A stretch of 64,000 bases of DNA from Desulfuromonadales bacterium (GCA_033549025.1 JAWSUS010000001.1:139685-203684); one strand, 5' to 3'. Counted from the first letter of the stretch, positions 27,147-38,874 are shown. Translations and numbers: made by a program. The notes: generated by a model from the sequence alone, not told the origin.

Positions 27147-28880
27147 TCAGCTCTGAAACTGCATATCGTAGAGTTTTTTATACAGTCCGCCATGGGCCAG
27201 CAGCTCTTCATGGCGACCGACTTCACAGACACGCCCTTGTTCCAGCACCACGATTTTATCGGCATGCAGAATCGTCGAGAGTCGGTGGGCAACGACAAAG
27301 GTCGTGCGGTTCTGCATCAGGTTGGTCAGGGCCTGTTGCACCATGGCCTCGCTCTCCGTATCGAGGGCGCTGGTCGCTTCGTCGAGGATCAGGATGGGCG
27401 CATTTTTGAGGATGGCGCGGGCGATACAGATGCGCTGACGCTGGCCGCCGGAGAGACGCAGACCGCGGTCTCCGATCTCTGTTTCGAACCCCTCGGGCAA
27501 TGTCTGGATAAACTGATCGGCATAGGCCTGCCGAGCCGCCTCGGCCACTTCCTCGTCAGAAGCCTCGGGACGCCCGTAACGAATGTTATTCGCCAAGGTA
27601 TCGTTGAACAGGAAGGTTTCCTGATCCACCATGGCAATATGGGCCTTCAGGCTGTCCAGAGTCAGGTCTCGAATGTCCTGACCGTCAATCAGCACGGCAC
27701 CGGACTGGGGGTCGTAGAAGCGATTAAGCAGGGAAACAATGGTCGACTTGCCGGCACCGCTGGGTCCCACCAGGGCCACGACTTCTCCCTGCCTGGCGAT
27801 CAGGCTGACATCTTGCAGGATCGGTTCATCGCCATAAGAAAAGGAGACGTGATCGAAGCGCACATCTCCCCTGACATGGGTCAGAGGTTTGGCGCCAGGA
27901 CGGTCGACGATCTCATGGGGTGTCTCCAGTAGTTCAAAAACCCGCTCCGCCGCGCCAATAGCCTGCTGTATCCGGTTGTACATTTTGGATAGTCGTTTGG
28001 CTGGGGTGTACATGAACATGATGGCCCCGATAACGGAAAAGAGTTCCCCCTGGGTCATGCCGCCGGACATGACCCGGTGCAGACCAAACCAGAGCACCGC
28101 CGCCACGCCGAAAGAAGACATAATTTCCATCACGGGCGACGAGGCTGCATCGTATTTGATGACTTTGCGCAAGAAGCGGTAATAGAAGAGGTTGCGGTCC
28201 CGAAAACGACCGACTTCTCGCTCTTCGGTGCCGAAAGCCTTGATGACCTTGATGCCGGAGAAGGTCTGCTCCAGCACCTGAGTCAGGGTGCCCATGGCGC
28301 TTTGACCGCTGCGGGTGTATTGCTTGATTTTTTTGCCGATGCGAGAGGCGGGCCAGGCCGCCAGGGGCAGTACGACAAAGGCCATCAGCGTCAATTGCCA
28401 GTCACCGTAAAAGGCGACCAGAGTCAGGGCAACTAGAGTGAGCCCCTCACGCAGAAGACCGACCAGCACTTCGGCGACGGCGGCCTGCATCACTGTCACG
28501 TCATTGAGGATGCGGGACATCAACGTCCCCGAGGAGGTTTTGGAGTAGTAGCGCATACCCAGGTGGAGGGAGTGGCCGAAGAGATCGTTGCGCAAATCCT
28601 GCATGACCAACTGACCGGCGGTCTTGATGTAGTATTCCTGCACAAAACGGGAAACGCCTTTGATGGCGGCCAGTCCGAGCACAAAAACAGGCACCAGATT
28701 AACCAGAGAGACATCCCCGGCCACGACGAGGCGATCAATAAAGGGCTGAATCAGCTTGGCCGCGGCCGCATCGGAACCGGCCACCCCCAGAGAGGCCACC
28801 ATAGAGAAGATAATTCGCCAGCGGCAGGTGCGGGTATAGCCGAGCAGCCGCAGATAGACCTGGGTTCCCTTGCTCTTCAT
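27147..28880 (-). CDS. msbA: Lipid A export ABC transporter
   Basis: Transmembrane domain plus NBD (GPSGAGKST, LSGGQRQR, LILDEATSALD); lies within the lipid A operon. Confidence 0.9.
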   Translation of the reverse strand: MKSKGTQVYLRLLGYTRTCRWRIIFSMVASLGVAGSDAAAAKLIQPFIDRLVVAGDVSLVNLVPVFVLGLAAIKGVSRFVQEYYIKTAGQLVMQDLRNDLFGHSLHLGMRYYSKTSSGTLMSRILNDVTVMQAAVAEVLVGLLREGLTLVALTLVAFYGDWQLTLMAFVVLPLAAWPASRIGKKIKQYTRSGQSAMGTLTQVLEQTFSGIKVIKAFGTEEREVGRFRDRNLFYYRFLRKVIKYDAASSPVMEIMSSFGVAAVLWFGLHRVMSGGMTQGELFSVIGAIMFMYTPAKRLSKMYNRIQQAIGAAERVFELLETPHEIVDRPGAKPLTHVRGDVRFDHVSFSYGDEPILQDVSLIARQGEVVALVGPSGAGKSTIVSLLNRFYDPQSGAVLIDGQDIRDLTLDSLKAHIAMVDQETFLFNDTLANNIRYGRPEASDEEVAEAARQAYADQFIQTLPEGFETEIGDRGLRLSGGQRQRICIARAILKNAPILILDEATSALDTESEAMVQQALTNLMQNRTTFVVAHRLSTILHADKIVVLEQGRVCEVGRHEELLAHGGLYKKLYDMQFQS

Positions 28881-30046
28881 GACCGCACCTTTCCCTGACT
28901 CATTTCCGCCGCCATCTTCGCCACCCGGGTCGAACAACCGGGCGCGCCCATCTTCTCTTTGACCGCGGCCAATCCAAGCTGAATCTGCTGGTTATAGCCG
29001 CTGTCGCTCAGAATGCGCAGAAGCTCGGCGGCAATATTCTCGGCCTTCGCCTCATCCTGCAGGAGCTCTCTGACGACCTCCTCGCCGGCCACGATATTGA
29101 CCAGACTGACATAGGGTACCTTGACCAGCAGCCTGGCAATGGCAAAACTTATCGGCGACATGCGATAGACCACCACCATAGGGGTTCCGGCCAGAGCCGT
29201 CTGCAGAGTCACCGTCCCGGATACGCAGGCCACAGCGTCACAGGCATGGGCCAGATCGTAAATGCTCTCGTTCTCGACCAGGGTCACCGGCAGGTCTTCT
29301 TCGGCCAGCAGCTCGTCAAACAGCGCCCGGGGAAGTGATGAGGCCACGGGCAGCAGGAACCTGGCCGCGGGCTTATCACGAAGAATCAGGCGGGCGCTCT
29401 GCACCAGAGTCTGAAAATTGTAGCGGATTTCACTGCGGCGGCTTCCGGGGAAAAGACCGATCACCGGAGCAGCAGCCTCGATGCCGTAACGATGGCGGAA
29501 AAGGTCCCGGCTCTCCAGATCCTGCACTTCGTCCATCAAGGGATTGCCCACGTACACGGCTTCCAAATCAAGCCCCTGAAAGTAGGCTTCTTCAAAGGGA
29601 AAAATGAGAGCCAGCCTGTCAACAAAGCGGGCGATGGTCTTCACCCTCCCCTTCTTCCAGGCCCAGACCTTGGGACTGATATAGTAAAGAACAGGTATGC
29701 CGATCGTTTTGGCATGACGGGCCAGTCGAAGATTGAAGCCAGGGTAGTCGATGAGAATAACGAGATCGGGCCTGGACTCTGCGTCTAGAACGGTACGCAG
29801 TTTACGCATGGTTTTGGCGATGACCCGAATATTGGCCAACACCTCGACCGCCCCCATGACCGCCAGCTCTTCGCTGGGAATCAGGATATCACAACCGGCT
29901 TCGGCCATGCGCTTGCCGCCCACGCCAAAAAAAGACAGTCCGGGGTCCACCTTGGCGGCCGCTCTGATGAGGTTGGCGCCATGCAGATCCCCGGAGGCCT
30001 CGCCGGTTACAATAAGGGCCCTGCGCTTACCGTCCTGACTGCTCAA
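28877..30046 (-). CDS. lpxB: Lipid-A-disaccharide synthase
   Basis: GEASGDLHGA, IDYPGFN, SPKVWAW, FPGSRRSE and SGTVTL motifs. Confidence 0.95.
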   Translation of the reverse strand: MSSQDGKRRALIVTGEASGDLHGANLIRAAAKVDPGLSFFGVGGKRMAEAGCDILIPSEELAVMGAVEVLANIRVIAKTMRKLRTVLDAESRPDLVILIDYPGFNLRLARHAKTIGIPVLYYISPKVWAWKKGRVKTIARFVDRLALIFPFEEAYFQGLDLEAVYVGNPLMDEVQDLESRDLFRHRYGIEAAAPVIGLFPGSRRSEIRYNFQTLVQSARLILRDKPAARFLLPVASSLPRALFDELLAEEDLPVTLVENESIYDLAHACDAVACVSGTVTLQTALAGTPMVVVYRMSPISFAIARLLVKVPYVSLVNIVAGEEVVRELLQDEAKAENIAAELLRILSDSGYNQQIQLGLAAVKEKMGAPGCSTRVAKMAAEMSQGKVRS

Positions 30047-30073
30047 AATCTCTCCCGACAGTGGCCTGTTCGA

Positions 30074-30844
30074 TCAGCGGGCAATACCTCGCTGGCTGTT
30101 CTGAATAAAGTCGATAAAGACCTGTAGCTCCGGCGTCTTGACAATGTCCTGATCAATCTTCGACAAGGCGTCTTCCATGCGTAGACCGGAGCGGAAGATC
30201 AGCTTATAGGCCTGCTTGATGCCACGGACAGCCTCATCGGAAAAACCGCGACGTTTGAGACCGATGAGGTTGAGGCCGACGGTCTTGGCCCGATCGCCCT
30301 GGGCAATGGTGTAAGGCGGGATATCCTGAGCGACCATGGAACCGCCACTAATCATGACATGGCAGCCGACGCGGGTAAACTGATGCACTGCGGAAAGGCC
30401 ACCCAGAATGGCGTGGTCATCGACCTGCACGTGCCCGGCCAGGGTGGCGCCGTTGGCGAGAATGACCTGATTGCCGACAATGCAGTCATGGGCGACGTGG
30501 GAATAGGCCATGAGCAGGCATTGATTTCCCACAATCGTCTCGCCGCCGCCGTCCTCGGTACCACGGTGCAGCGTGGCGAATTCGCGGATGGTGTTGCCGT
30601 CGCCGATGCGCAAGAAGGATTTTTCGCCATGGAATTTCAGATCCTGGGGAACGGCTCCCACGGAAGCGAACTGAAAAATCCTGTTGTTTTTACCGATCTC
30701 GGTCCACCCTTCAATGACGGTGTGGGGACCGATGACGGTGCCGGCACCGATGCGGACGTGTTCGCCTATGACGGCGTAAGGCCCCACCTCGACGGTCGGA
30801 TCAAGCTGGGCACCCGGACTGATAATGGCAGTTGAATGAATCAT
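30074..30844 (-). CDS. lpxA: UDP-N-acetylglucosamine acyltransferase
   Basis: IHSTAII, PQDLKF, HVAHDC, LAGHV and VHQF motifs. Confidence 0.96.
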   Translation of the reverse strand: MIHSTAIISPGAQLDPTVEVGPYAVIGEHVRIGAGTVIGPHTVIEGWTEIGKNNRIFQFASVGAVPQDLKFHGEKSFLRIGDGNTIREFATLHRGTEDGGGETIVGNQCLLMAYSHVAHDCIVGNQVILANGATLAGHVQVDDHAILGGLSAVHQFTRVGCHVMISGGSMVAQDIPPYTIAQGDRAKTVGLNLIGLKRRGFSDEAVRGIKQAYKLIFRSGLRMEDALSKIDQDIVKTPELQVFIDFIQNSQRGIAR

Positions 30845-30851
30845 GACGGTA

Positions 30852-31295
30852 TCAGGACTCCTGTCGGGGGGCAAAAGTGGCCTTCAGCTCAGCCTCGGCA
30901 ACCAGAACATCTTCGACATAGGCCTTACCGGAAAAGCAGTAAAGCCCGCGCTTGCAATTGATCATTTCCAGCTCAATGCGCAGCACGTCGCCGGGAACAA
31001 CCGGTTTACGGAAACGGGCGTTGTCGATGCCGGCGAAGTAGGTCACCTTGTCGTCGCCGATCTTGTTGACCACCATGGCATACAGACCACCCACCTGGGC
31101 CATCGCCTCGATAATGAGAACTCCTGGCATGATGGGGTGCCCCGGGAAATGTCCCTGAAAAAAGGGCTCATTGATGGTGACATTCTTGATGCCGACAGCC
31201 TTTTTGCCTTCCTCCAGCTCCACAATGCGATCCACCAGCAAGAACGGGTAGCGATGGGGAAGGAGCTTCATGATTTCCTGACTATTGAGAACCAT
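30852..31295 (-). CDS. fabZ: 3-hydroxyacyl-ACP dehydratase
   Basis: [12 protein letters not shown] and FFQGHFP...[12 protein letters not shown] motifs. Confidence 0.97.
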   Translation of the reverse strand: MVLNSQEIMKLLPHRYPFLLVDRIVELEEGKKAVGIKNVTINEPFFQGHFPGHPIMPGVLIIEAMAQVGGLYAMVVNKIGDDKVTYFAGIDNARFRKPVVPGDVLRIELEMINCKRGLYCFSGKAYVEDVLVAEAELKATFAPRQES

Positions 31296-31300
31296 GGTCT

Positions 31301-32341
31301 CTATTTCTCCTTTAAGAGCTTTTCAAGAGCTTCCACCTGATTTTTAAGGCGGTTCAGCTCACGACGCATATCGGGCAGCTTGGCGAAACTCATGGACGAC
31401 TTGAGCCAGTCCCTGTGAGGGATGGCCGGCACCCCTGAAAGCACCTGATTGCCTTCGGTGTGGCTGGTTATCCCTCCGCGCCCGCCAATCATGACATTGT
31501 CGCCAATCCGCAGATGGCCGGCCGTACCGGCCTGCCCCCCGAAGGTACAGTGATTGCCGATAGCCGTACTGCCGGCAATACCCACCTGGGCCGCCATCAC
31601 CGTATCTTCCCCGACGGTGACGTTGTGACCGATCTGCACCATGTTGTCGAGTTTGACACCGCGGCGGATGCGCGTCTCTCCCATGGCGGCGCGATCGATA
31701 CAGCTGCAGGCGCCGATTTCCACGTCATCTTCCACGACAACGATGCCGACTTGGGGGATTTTGAAATATCGCGGTCCGTCGGGTGCGAAGCCAAAACCGT
31801 CGGAACCAATAACGGCGGCAGGCTGCAGGATAACCCGATTGCCCAGGCGGCATTCTTCCCGCACAATCGCCCCGGCATGCAGGACACAATCCTCGCCAAC
31901 CTGAACGCGGTCATAGAGCGTGACGCGGGGATAAAGGATCGTGCCACGGCCGACCCTGACCCCTTCACCAATGGTGCAACCGGGATAAACGGTCACATCC
32001 TCCTCGAGGATGGCGGAAGGGTGAATCCAGGCTCCTTCCATCACCCCTTTGGGCTCCGGATGAACGACCTTCAGGCGGGTCAGAATCTTGGCAAAGGCCA
32101 GATAAGGGTTCTTGACCACCAGCAGGTTGAGTCCCGGCATCTCTACACCAGGCCCCACAATGACAGCCGAGGCACGGGTTGCCTTGGCCTTGGCGGCGTA
32201 TTTGGGGTTGGCGAGAAAAGTGATATCGCCTTCACGGGCGGCATCGATGGGCGCGACCTGGCCGATCCGGATCGATTCATCCCCGAGAACAGAGCCTCCA
32301 ACCAGATCGGCAAGCTCTCGAAGAGTTGCCGTCGTCGCCAT
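31301..32341 (-). CDS. lpxD: UDP-3-O-(3-hydroxyacyl)glucosamine N-acyltransferase
   Basis: [17 protein letters not shown] and [11 protein letters not shown] motifs. Confidence 0.96.
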   Translation of the reverse strand: MATTATLRELADLVGGSVLGDESIRIGQVAPIDAAREGDITFLANPKYAAKAKATRASAVIVGPGVEMPGLNLLVVKNPYLAFAKILTRLKVVHPEPKGVMEGAWIHPSAILEEDVTVYPGCTIGEGVRVGRGTILYPRVTLYDRVQVGEDCVLHAGAIVREECRLGNRVILQPAAVIGSDGFGFAPDGPRYFKIPQVGIVVVEDDVEIGACSCIDRAAMGETRIRRGVKLDNMVQIGHNVTVGEDTVMAAQVGIAGSTAIGNHCTFGGQAGTAGHLRIGDNVMIGGRGGITSHTEGNQVLSGVPAIPHRDWLKSSMSFAKLPDMRRELNRLKNQVEALEKLLKEK

Positions 32342-32343
32342 GA

Positions 32344-32871
32344 TTACTTGCCACCCTGCTTTTTGAACTGGGCGTTGTAGCGCTCAATGACCTTGTCGGT
32401 CAGATCGGCCGATTTATCGGCGTAAAGAACCGAGCTTTCAGATTTTTCAAAGACCATGGACATCCCCTCGCTGGCGCCGATTTCCTGCACGATCTTGAGC
32501 AGATCTTCGATAATCTGGCGGGTGAAGTCGGCGTCTTTCTGCTGCAATTCTTCCTGAATGTCTTTGGTGAAACGCTGGAACTCCTTGAGCTTCTGCTGAT
32601 AGTCGCGCTCCTTGGCGGAACGGGCATCGGCACTTAAAGCCATGGACTGTTTTTCCAACTCATCCTTGAGCTTCTTGATCTCTTCCTGGCGGACCTGGAT
32701 CGTCCCTTCATAGTTTTTCACCGAGGCGGCGATTTTTTCCTTGGCGGCCTTGCCGGACTCGGAGAGGTTCAGGGCTTTTTGCAGATCGACATAGCCGACC
32801 TTGACCTCAGCGAAGGCAGGGGCAGCAATCAGGGCAAAAACCAGCAGAAAGGGCACGAGCAATCTTTTCAT
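32344..32871 (-). CDS. skp: OmpH/Skp periplasmic chaperone
   Basis: Signal peptide, KVGYVD, coiled coil and DLTDKV; lies between bamA and lpxD. Confidence 0.9.
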   Translation of the reverse strand: MKRLLVPFLLVFALIAAPAFAEVKVGYVDLQKALNLSESGKAAKEKIAASVKNYEGTIQVRQEEIKKLKDELEKQSMALSADARSAKERDYQQKLKEFQRFTKDIQEELQQKDADFTRQIIEDLLKIVQEIGASEGMSMVFEKSESSVLYADKSADLTDKVIERYNAQFKKQGGK

Positions 32872-32897
32872 GTAAAACTCCTTTTTAGATAATAGGC

Positions 32898-35141
32898 TTA
32901 AAAAAACCGACCGATGGAAAACTCAAACCGTGAACGATCCTCATCCTCTTTCGGATCCAGATTGTAGCCCCATTCAAGCCGCAAAGGCCCCATGGGGCTG
33001 TTCCAGCGAATTCCCCAGCCGGCGCTGTAGCGCATGCTGGAGAAATACTCTTCATCCTTGCTCCAGGCGTTGCCGATATCGAAGAAGAGCAGACCCTTAA
33101 AGCCGAGGTCCCGAATGAGCGGGAAGGTATATTCGGCATTGAAGAAAGTCTCTTTTTCGCCGCCGATAAAGTCACCGTTTTCGTCCTGCGGACCGACTTC
33201 CCGCGTTGAGAAGCCCCGCAGGGTGTTGATGCCGCCCAGAAAGAACTTTTCGTCGATGGGGATCTCTTCGGTGCTGCGCAGCTTGTGGACATAACCGACC
33301 TGCCCGTGGAGAGAGAAGACCGAACCCCATTTCCAGGGGAAGAAGACCCGGTGGTCGGCGATGTACTTGCTGAAATACTCTGTCCCCCCCAGACCGGCAA
33401 TTTCCCAGGAGATCTCCCCAAGGTGACCGCGGGTCGGATCGGGCCGATAGTCCGTCGTATTGAGGGAAAAGGAGGAAAAGAGGGACGACAGCGTGGAGCG
33501 GCCAGCTTGATCCTGCCAGTAAATGCTGGCAAAGGGATCGATATCGTATATTTCTTTCTCTTCGTAGCGATAGACGAAAAAGAGGCGGGTGTTTTCGGTC
33601 AGCGGGATGCCGAGCTTGATATCGCCCCCCGTCGTTTTTTTGGAGAAATCCGTATATTCGCGGTCGGTGTTATAGATGTCGCCGCCCAGGGCGAAATCCG
33701 TATCGAGAAAATAGGGGTCGAGGACCCCGAACTGATAGGTGGTCGTCGTGCCCCCCAGCGAAGCGGAGAGGTTCATGCGTAGCGCCCTCCCCAGAAAATT
33801 CTCCTGGGAAACGGAGCCCTGGGCGATAAAACCATCGACGGACGAGTAGCCGCCACCGATACTGAAAGTACCCGTCGGCTTCTCCTTGACCTCCACGTCC
33901 ACATCGAGATGAGCTTCGTCCTTACCCTTGCTGGTAGAGACATTCACCTCTTCGAAAAAGCCGAGGTTGTTGATCTTGCTCCGGCTCGACTTGATCAGGC
34001 TGGCGTTGTACAGCTCGCCTTCGAGCAGATGCATTTGCCGCCGGATGATCTTGTCCCGCGTCCTGGTATTGCCGGTAATGCGGATGCGGTCGATGCTGAC
34101 CTGAATCCCCTGCTCGATATCATAGAGAATATTGACCAGGCGCTCCTCATGATCAAGCCGGGTAACGGGCGAGACATTCACGTAGGCATAACCCTGATTG
34201 GCGTACAGATCGTTGAGGACCGTCACGTCGCCACGCAGGATTTCGCGACTGAAGACATCGCCCTGTTTGAGTTTGAACAGAGAAAAAAGTTCCCCTTTTT
34301 CGCGAAGGAGATCCCCCTGCAGCCTGATCTCGCCCACCCGGTACTGCTCGCCTTCCTCGATCTCAATCAGCACGTCCATGTACTCTTTGTCGTCGCTGAA
34401 GGTGATCTGGGGCTGCATGACCTTCACTTGGACATAGCCCTTGTTGTAATACTGGTCGGCGATGATTTCCAGGTCGATCTGTAGAACTTCTTCTCGGTAG
34501 GTGCCCCGATCGGTCAGCCAGGAAAGCCACCATTTTTCTTTGGTCTGGATGGCTTTCTTGAGTTCCTTGTCGGTAAAGACAGTGTTCCCCTGCAATTGAA
34601 TATTGCGAACCAGAACTTTCTGTCCTTCGGTGATCTCAAAGTGGACCGTGGCCTCATTGCGCTCGCCCGTTTCCACCCGAGGCTCGATGCGCACCCCGTG
34701 ATAGCCCTCTTCAATATAGGCGTTGCGAATGGCTTCGACGCTTTTCTCCAGAGTCTTGGGATGGAAGATGCTGGCCGAGCGAAAGGTAACCAGGGGGCGC
34801 AGTTTTTCTTCTTTAAGCTTCTTGTTGCCTGAAAAGACGACGCGCCGAACCAAGGGGCGTTCGACCACCCGGAATGAAAGAATCTGGCGATTACCTTCCT
34901 GTTCCAGTTCCGCGGCAATGTCGGAGAAGTGCCCCAGTTTGAAAATGGCCTTGACATCCCGGTCGATCGTCTCGGCGGACACGGTGCTACCGGCCTGAGC
35001 CGAGAGAACGGCCGTGATCGTCGAAAGCTGCACCCGCTGGTTTCCGCTGACGGCTACCTGATCGACCCTGTAATCCTCAGCCCAGCCTGCCATCGGCAAC
35101 AGAAACAACAGGACAAGTCCGATCAGCACTCTTCTGGTCAT
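32898..35141 (-). CDS. bamA: Outer membrane protein assembly factor
   Basis: POTRA repeats (GNxx), LRGF motif and C-terminal SPMGPLR...FEFSIGRFF. Confidence 0.95.
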   Translation of the reverse strand: MTRRVLIGLVLLFLLPMAGWAEDYRVDQVAVSGNQRVQLSTITAVLSAQAGSTVSAETIDRDVKAIFKLGHFSDIAAELEQEGNRQILSFRVVERPLVRRVVFSGNKKLKEEKLRPLVTFRSASIFHPKTLEKSVEAIRNAYIEEGYHGVRIEPRVETGERNEATVHFEITEGQKVLVRNIQLQGNTVFTDKELKKAIQTKEKWWLSWLTDRGTYREEVLQIDLEIIADQYYNKGYVQVKVMQPQITFSDDKEYMDVLIEIEEGEQYRVGEIRLQGDLLREKGELFSLFKLKQGDVFSREILRGDVTVLNDLYANQGYAYVNVSPVTRLDHEERLVNILYDIEQGIQVSIDRIRITGNTRTRDKIIRRQMHLLEGELYNASLIKSSRSKINNLGFFEEVNVSTSKGKDEAHLDVDVEVKEKPTGTFSIGGGYSSVDGFIAQGSVSQENFLGRALRMNLSASLGGTTTTYQFGVLDPYFLDTDFALGGDIYNTDREYTDFSKKTTGGDIKLGIPLTENTRLFFVYRYEEKEIYDIDPFASIYWQDQAGRSTLSSLFSSFSLNTTDYRPDPTRGHLGEISWEIAGLGGTEYFSKYIADHRVFFPWKWGSVFSLHGQVGYVHKLRSTEEIPIDEKFFLGGINTLRGFSTREVGPQDENGDFIGGEKETFFNAEYTFPLIRDLGFKGLLFFDIGNAWSKDEEYFSSMRYSAGWGIRWNSPMGPLRLEWGYNLDPKEDEDRSRFEFSIGRFF

Positions 35142-35181
35142 CCAGATCACATCCTCACTAAAAACCTTCGAAAAATAGAGC

Positions 35182-35211
35182 ATTATAGATTAAGTCCAAA
35201 AAGGGTGTAAA
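35182..35211 (-). promoter_or_regulatory. Putative sigma70 promoter for bamA
   Basis: Minus strand TTTACA-N18-TATAAT. Confidence 0.45.
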
Positions 35212-35218
35212 TCAAAAA

Positions 35219-35908
35219 CTATTCCCGTATGCGGCCGTCTTCCATGCAGACCACGCGGTCAAGACGCGAGGCCAGCGTCTCGCTGTGGGTGACAATAATC
35301 ATGGTCAATCCTCTGGTCTGGTGCAGATGATTGAGAAGCCGGTAAATTTCATCGCTGGTGCCGCTGTCGAGATTACCGGTAGGCTCATCAGCCAACAGAA
35401 GACGGGGGCCCATGACCAGCGCCCGGGCAATGGCCACCCGCTGCTGTTCCCCCCCGGAGAGCTGGCCCGGCTTGTGCGTCAACCGATGAGACAGGCCAAC
35501 CTCTTCCAGCAGCCCCGCCGCCAGAGTTCTGGCTTCAGCCTTGGATCGACGGGCGATAAGCGCGGGCATCATGACATTTTCCAGGGCCGTGAATTCGGGA
35601 AGCAGTTGATGAAACTGAAAGACGAATCCCGCCGTCTGGTTCCGGAAGGCATCGAGGTCGCCGCCCTTGAGAGAAAAGACGTCGCGCCCTTCAACGGCTA
35701 CCCGTCCGGCAGTCGGCTGGTCGAGACCGCCGAGAATATGCATGAAAGTGGTCTTGCCGGCCCCCGAGGACCCGACAATGGCCACCCTTTCGCCCCGATG
35801 GATCCTCAGATCGATGCCGCGCAGGACATCCACCCGGCCACTGGCGGTCTGAAACGATTTCTGCAGACCGTCGACCTGGATCAATACGTCCGACTGCAGA
35901 TCATTCAT
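35219..35908 (-). CDS. lolD: Lipoprotein-releasing ABC transporter ATPase
   Basis: [33 protein letters not shown] and ADEPTGNLD motifs. Confidence 0.92.
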   Translation of the reverse strand: MNDLQSDVLIQVDGLQKSFQTASGRVDVLRGIDLRIHRGERVAIVGSSGAGKTTFMHILGGLDQPTAGRVAVEGRDVFSLKGGDLDAFRNQTAGFVFQFHQLLPEFTALENVMMPALIARRSKAEARTLAAGLLEEVGLSHRLTHKPGQLSGGEQQRVAIARALVMGPRLLLADEPTGNLDSGTSDEIYRLLNHLHQTRGLTMIIVTHSETLASRLDRVVCMEDGRIRE

Positions 35909-37154
35909 AGCGCAGAGCCTCCGCCGGATCCATTCGGGCCGCCCGCCAGGCCGGATAGATCGTGGCCAGCAACGAAATGGTCATGGCTACCAGGACCACA
36001 GCCGTCACATCGGCGGAATGAACCACGGATGGGAAGCGGTCCATACCATAGACCGACTGATCGAAAATCTTCACCTTAAAGACCTGTTCGCACCATTTGA
36101 TGATCGGATCGGCGTTTTTGGCCAGAAAGAGCCCCAGCATGGTCCCCAGGGCAGTGCCAACGGTCCCGACGATGAGGCCTTCTAAGACAAAGATCTTCAT
36201 AATGCTGTGAGAGGTGGCGCCCATGGCCCGCAAGACAGCGATATCCTTGTGTTTTTCCATAACCACCATAATCAGGGTGGTGGCGATATTGAAGGCCGCA
36301 ACCAGCACGATGATTCCCAACACAATGAAAAGTCCGAGTTTTTCCAGCTTGAGGGCCGAGAGAAAGGAGCCGAACAGCTCCTCCCAGGAACGCACCATGT
36401 AGGGATAGGTAAAATCCTGGCGCAGCTCCGAGGCCACCAGGCGGGCGTTGTCGAAACTGTCGACCTCAACTTCGATGCCGCTCGCACTTTCCGGCAGATC
36501 GAAGAAGGTCTGGGCCTGGCCAAGGGAGACGTAGGCGAAGTAGGTATCCATGAAGCCGCCGCGATGCCGGAAAATGCCGACGATCTCAAAGGGCTTCATT
36601 TTGGGAATCATGCCGAAGGGGGTGATGGTGAACATCGGCGGAATGACGTTGAGCCGGTCACCGACGGCCACCCCCAGGGAAGTGGCGGTGTCGAGACCGA
36701 TGACGATGCCGGGGATGGAACGGTCACCCTGGTAGAGGAGATCTTCCACATCCTGGTCATCGACCGTGAGAAATTTCTGCACAAAAATCTTGTTCCCCGG
36801 TTCGATCCCCTTGACGTTGACGGCGGCGACGTTCCCGCGGGCCAGCAGCATGGCCTCCTTCGACACGAAAGGCGCCGCGCTGACCACGTGCGGTGAGACC
36901 GAAAGAGCTTTTTCGGTGATCTGGTCGTAATCCCGAATCTCCTTGCCGTGCGACTGGATAAGCACATGGGGAACATTGCCCAGGATCTGCTGACGGACAC
37001 CGTCGTGGAAACCGGTCATGACCGCCAGCACGACAATAAGGGCCGCCACGCCCAGCGTGACGCCGGCGATGGAGATGAAGGAGATGACCGAGATGAAGGT
37101 CTGTTTGCGCTTCGCCCGCAGATAACGCAGACTGACAAACCATTCGTAGCCCAT
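35901..37154 (-). CDS. Lipoprotein-releasing ABC transporter permease (LolC/E family)
   Basis: [29 protein letters not shown] and [15 protein letters not shown] motifs. Confidence 0.92.
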   Translation of the reverse strand: MGYEWFVSLRYLRAKRKQTFISVISFISIAGVTLGVAALIVVLAVMTGFHDGVRQQILGNVPHVLIQSHGKEIRDYDQITEKALSVSPHVVSAAPFVSKEAMLLARGNVAAVNVKGIEPGNKIFVQKFLTVDDQDVEDLLYQGDRSIPGIVIGLDTATSLGVAVGDRLNVIPPMFTITPFGMIPKMKPFEIVGIFRHRGGFMDTYFAYVSLGQAQTFFDLPESASGIEVEVDSFDNARLVASELRQDFTYPYMVRSWEELFGSFLSALKLEKLGLFIVLGIIVLVAAFNIATTLIMVVMEKHKDIAVLRAMGATSHSIMKIFVLEGLIVGTVGTALGTMLGLFLAKNADPIIKWCEQVFKVKIFDQSVYGMDRFPSVVHSADVTAVVLVAMTISLLATIYPAWRAARMDPAEALRYE

Positions 37155-37164
37155 GAGGAATTCC

Positions 37165-37236
37165 GTGAGGGGTAAGGAGTAAGGAGCAAGGCGGCCGGGG
37201 CGAGATTCACACCTCGGCAAGGGCCTTGCTCCTCAC
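37165..37236. repeat. Intergenic hairpin built from heptamer repeats
   Basis: tgagggg taaggag taaggag caaggcg (37166-37193); ccttgctcctcac (37224-37236) is complementary to gtaaggagcaagg (37179-37191) with one mismatch. Confidence 0.75.
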
Positions 37237-37240
37237 TGGA

Positions 37241-38725
37241 TTACTTGCTTTCCCGCCGCAGTTGGGGGAAGAGGATCACGTCGCGGATCGAGGCGGAGTC
37301 GGTGAGCAGCATCACCAGGCGATCGATGCCGATCCCTTCACCGGCCGTGGGCGGCAGGCCGTATTCGAGGGCACGGACATAGTCTTCGTCCATGGCATGC
37401 GCCTCTTCGTCGCCCGCCTCTTTTTCGGCAAGCTGTTTGGTGAAGCGATCCTTCTGATCGACCGGATCGTTGAGCTCGGAGAAGGCGTTGGCCAGCTCAC
37501 GGCCGACGATGAACAGTTCGAAGCGGTCCACAACTTCGGGGTTCTGCTCGTTTTTCCGGGACAGGGGCGAGACCTCGGTGGGGTACTCGGTGATAAAGGT
37601 CGGATTCCACAGATTGGGTTCGACGACCTCGTCAAAAATCTCGGTCAACAGCTTACCGAAGCCAATATGGTCGTCGAGTTCAAGGCCCAGACTCTTGGCG
37701 TAGGCCAGGGAACGATCCCGATCCTCAAGAATGGCTGGATCGATCTTTCCGTACTTGACAATGGACTCCTTCAGGGTCAGACGATCCCAGGGAGCCGTCA
37801 GATTCACCTCACGGCCGCCGTAGGTGAAAACCTGGCTGCCGACCACTTCCTGAGCCACGTGGCAGATGAGTTTCTCGGTGAAATCCATCAACTCCCGGTA
37901 GGTGGCATAGGCCTGATAGAACTCCATCATGGTGAACTCGGGGTTGTGCTGGATGGAGATTCCCTCGTTGCGGAAATTGCGGTTGATTTCAAAGACGCGC
38001 TCGAAACCACCGACCACCAGACGTTTGAGATAGAGCTCGGGCGCGATGCGCAGAAAGAGATCCATCTTGAGGGTGTTATGGTGGGTGACGAATGGCTTGG
38101 CCGTGGCGCCGCCGGCAATGGGCTGCATCATGGGGGTTTCGACTTCGAGGAAGTCGTGCTCTTCCATGTATTCACGGATAAGGCGGATGATGCGCGTGCG
38201 CTTCTGGAAAACCTCCCGGACCTCGGGGTTGACCATGAGGTCAAGGTAGCGCTGGCGATAACGGGTTTCGACATCGGTCAGGCCATGCCACTTTTCCGGC
38301 AAGGGCAGCAGGGATTTGGTCAGGATGCGAATCTGCTCGGCGCGAACAGACAGTTCGCCGGTCTTGGTGCGGAAAGGCTTGCCGGAAAAGCCGACGATAT
38401 CGCCGATATCGAGGCGCCGAAACTGTTCAAAGGCCTCATCCCCCACTTGATCGCGACCGACGTAGACCTGCAGGCGGCCCTTGCGATCCTGAACCTGGAT
38501 AAAGGCAGCCTTGCCGAAATCGCGGCGGGCCATGATGCGGCCGGCAAGCGTGTAATGATGCGGGCAGTCTTTCAACGCCTCGGCATCCTGGGTTTCGTGG
38601 GCGGCCATCACATCGGCGGAGGTGTGGGCCACCGGAAAATCATTGGCGTAGGGGTTGACCCCCTGCTGGCGCAGGTCGTCTATCTTGGTACGCCGCTGAA
38701 GCAGCAGATCGTTCAGTTCTTCCAT
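37241..38725 (-). CDS. lysS: Lysine--tRNA ligase (class II)
   Basis: [34 protein letters not shown] and [12 protein letters not shown] motifs. Confidence 0.98.
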   Translation of the reverse strand: MEELNDLLLQRRTKIDDLRQQGVNPYANDFPVAHTSADVMAAHETQDAEALKDCPHHYTLAGRIMARRDFGKAAFIQVQDRKGRLQVYVGRDQVGDEAFEQFRRLDIGDIVGFSGKPFRTKTGELSVRAEQIRILTKSLLPLPEKWHGLTDVETRYRQRYLDLMVNPEVREVFQKRTRIIRLIREYMEEHDFLEVETPMMQPIAGGATAKPFVTHHNTLKMDLFLRIAPELYLKRLVVGGFERVFEINRNFRNEGISIQHNPEFTMMEFYQAYATYRELMDFTEKLICHVAQEVVGSQVFTYGGREVNLTAPWDRLTLKESIVKYGKIDPAILEDRDRSLAYAKSLGLELDDHIGFGKLLTEIFDEVVEPNLWNPTFITEYPTEVSPLSRKNEQNPEVVDRFELFIVGRELANAFSELNDPVDQKDRFTKQLAEKEAGDEEAHAMDEDYVRALEYGLPPTAGEGIGIDRLVMLLTDSASIRDVILFPQLRRESK

Positions 38726-38763
38726 GAAATTCAACACCTTTCATCCCGGTTTGGCGAGGGGGT

Positions 38764-38792
38764 ACGATATACTCAGGGCGTCTTCAAGTCAA
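38764..38792 (-). promoter_or_regulatory. Putative sigma70 promoter for lysS
   Basis: Minus strand TTGACT-N17-TATCGT. Confidence 0.5.
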
Positions 38793-38874
38793 GGAGCAAG
38801 GGCCAGTCGCCCCACTACATCCAAAGACCACTGAAATCTCCCCAGAAAATGCGCCACCCTCTGCCTGAGCCGGC

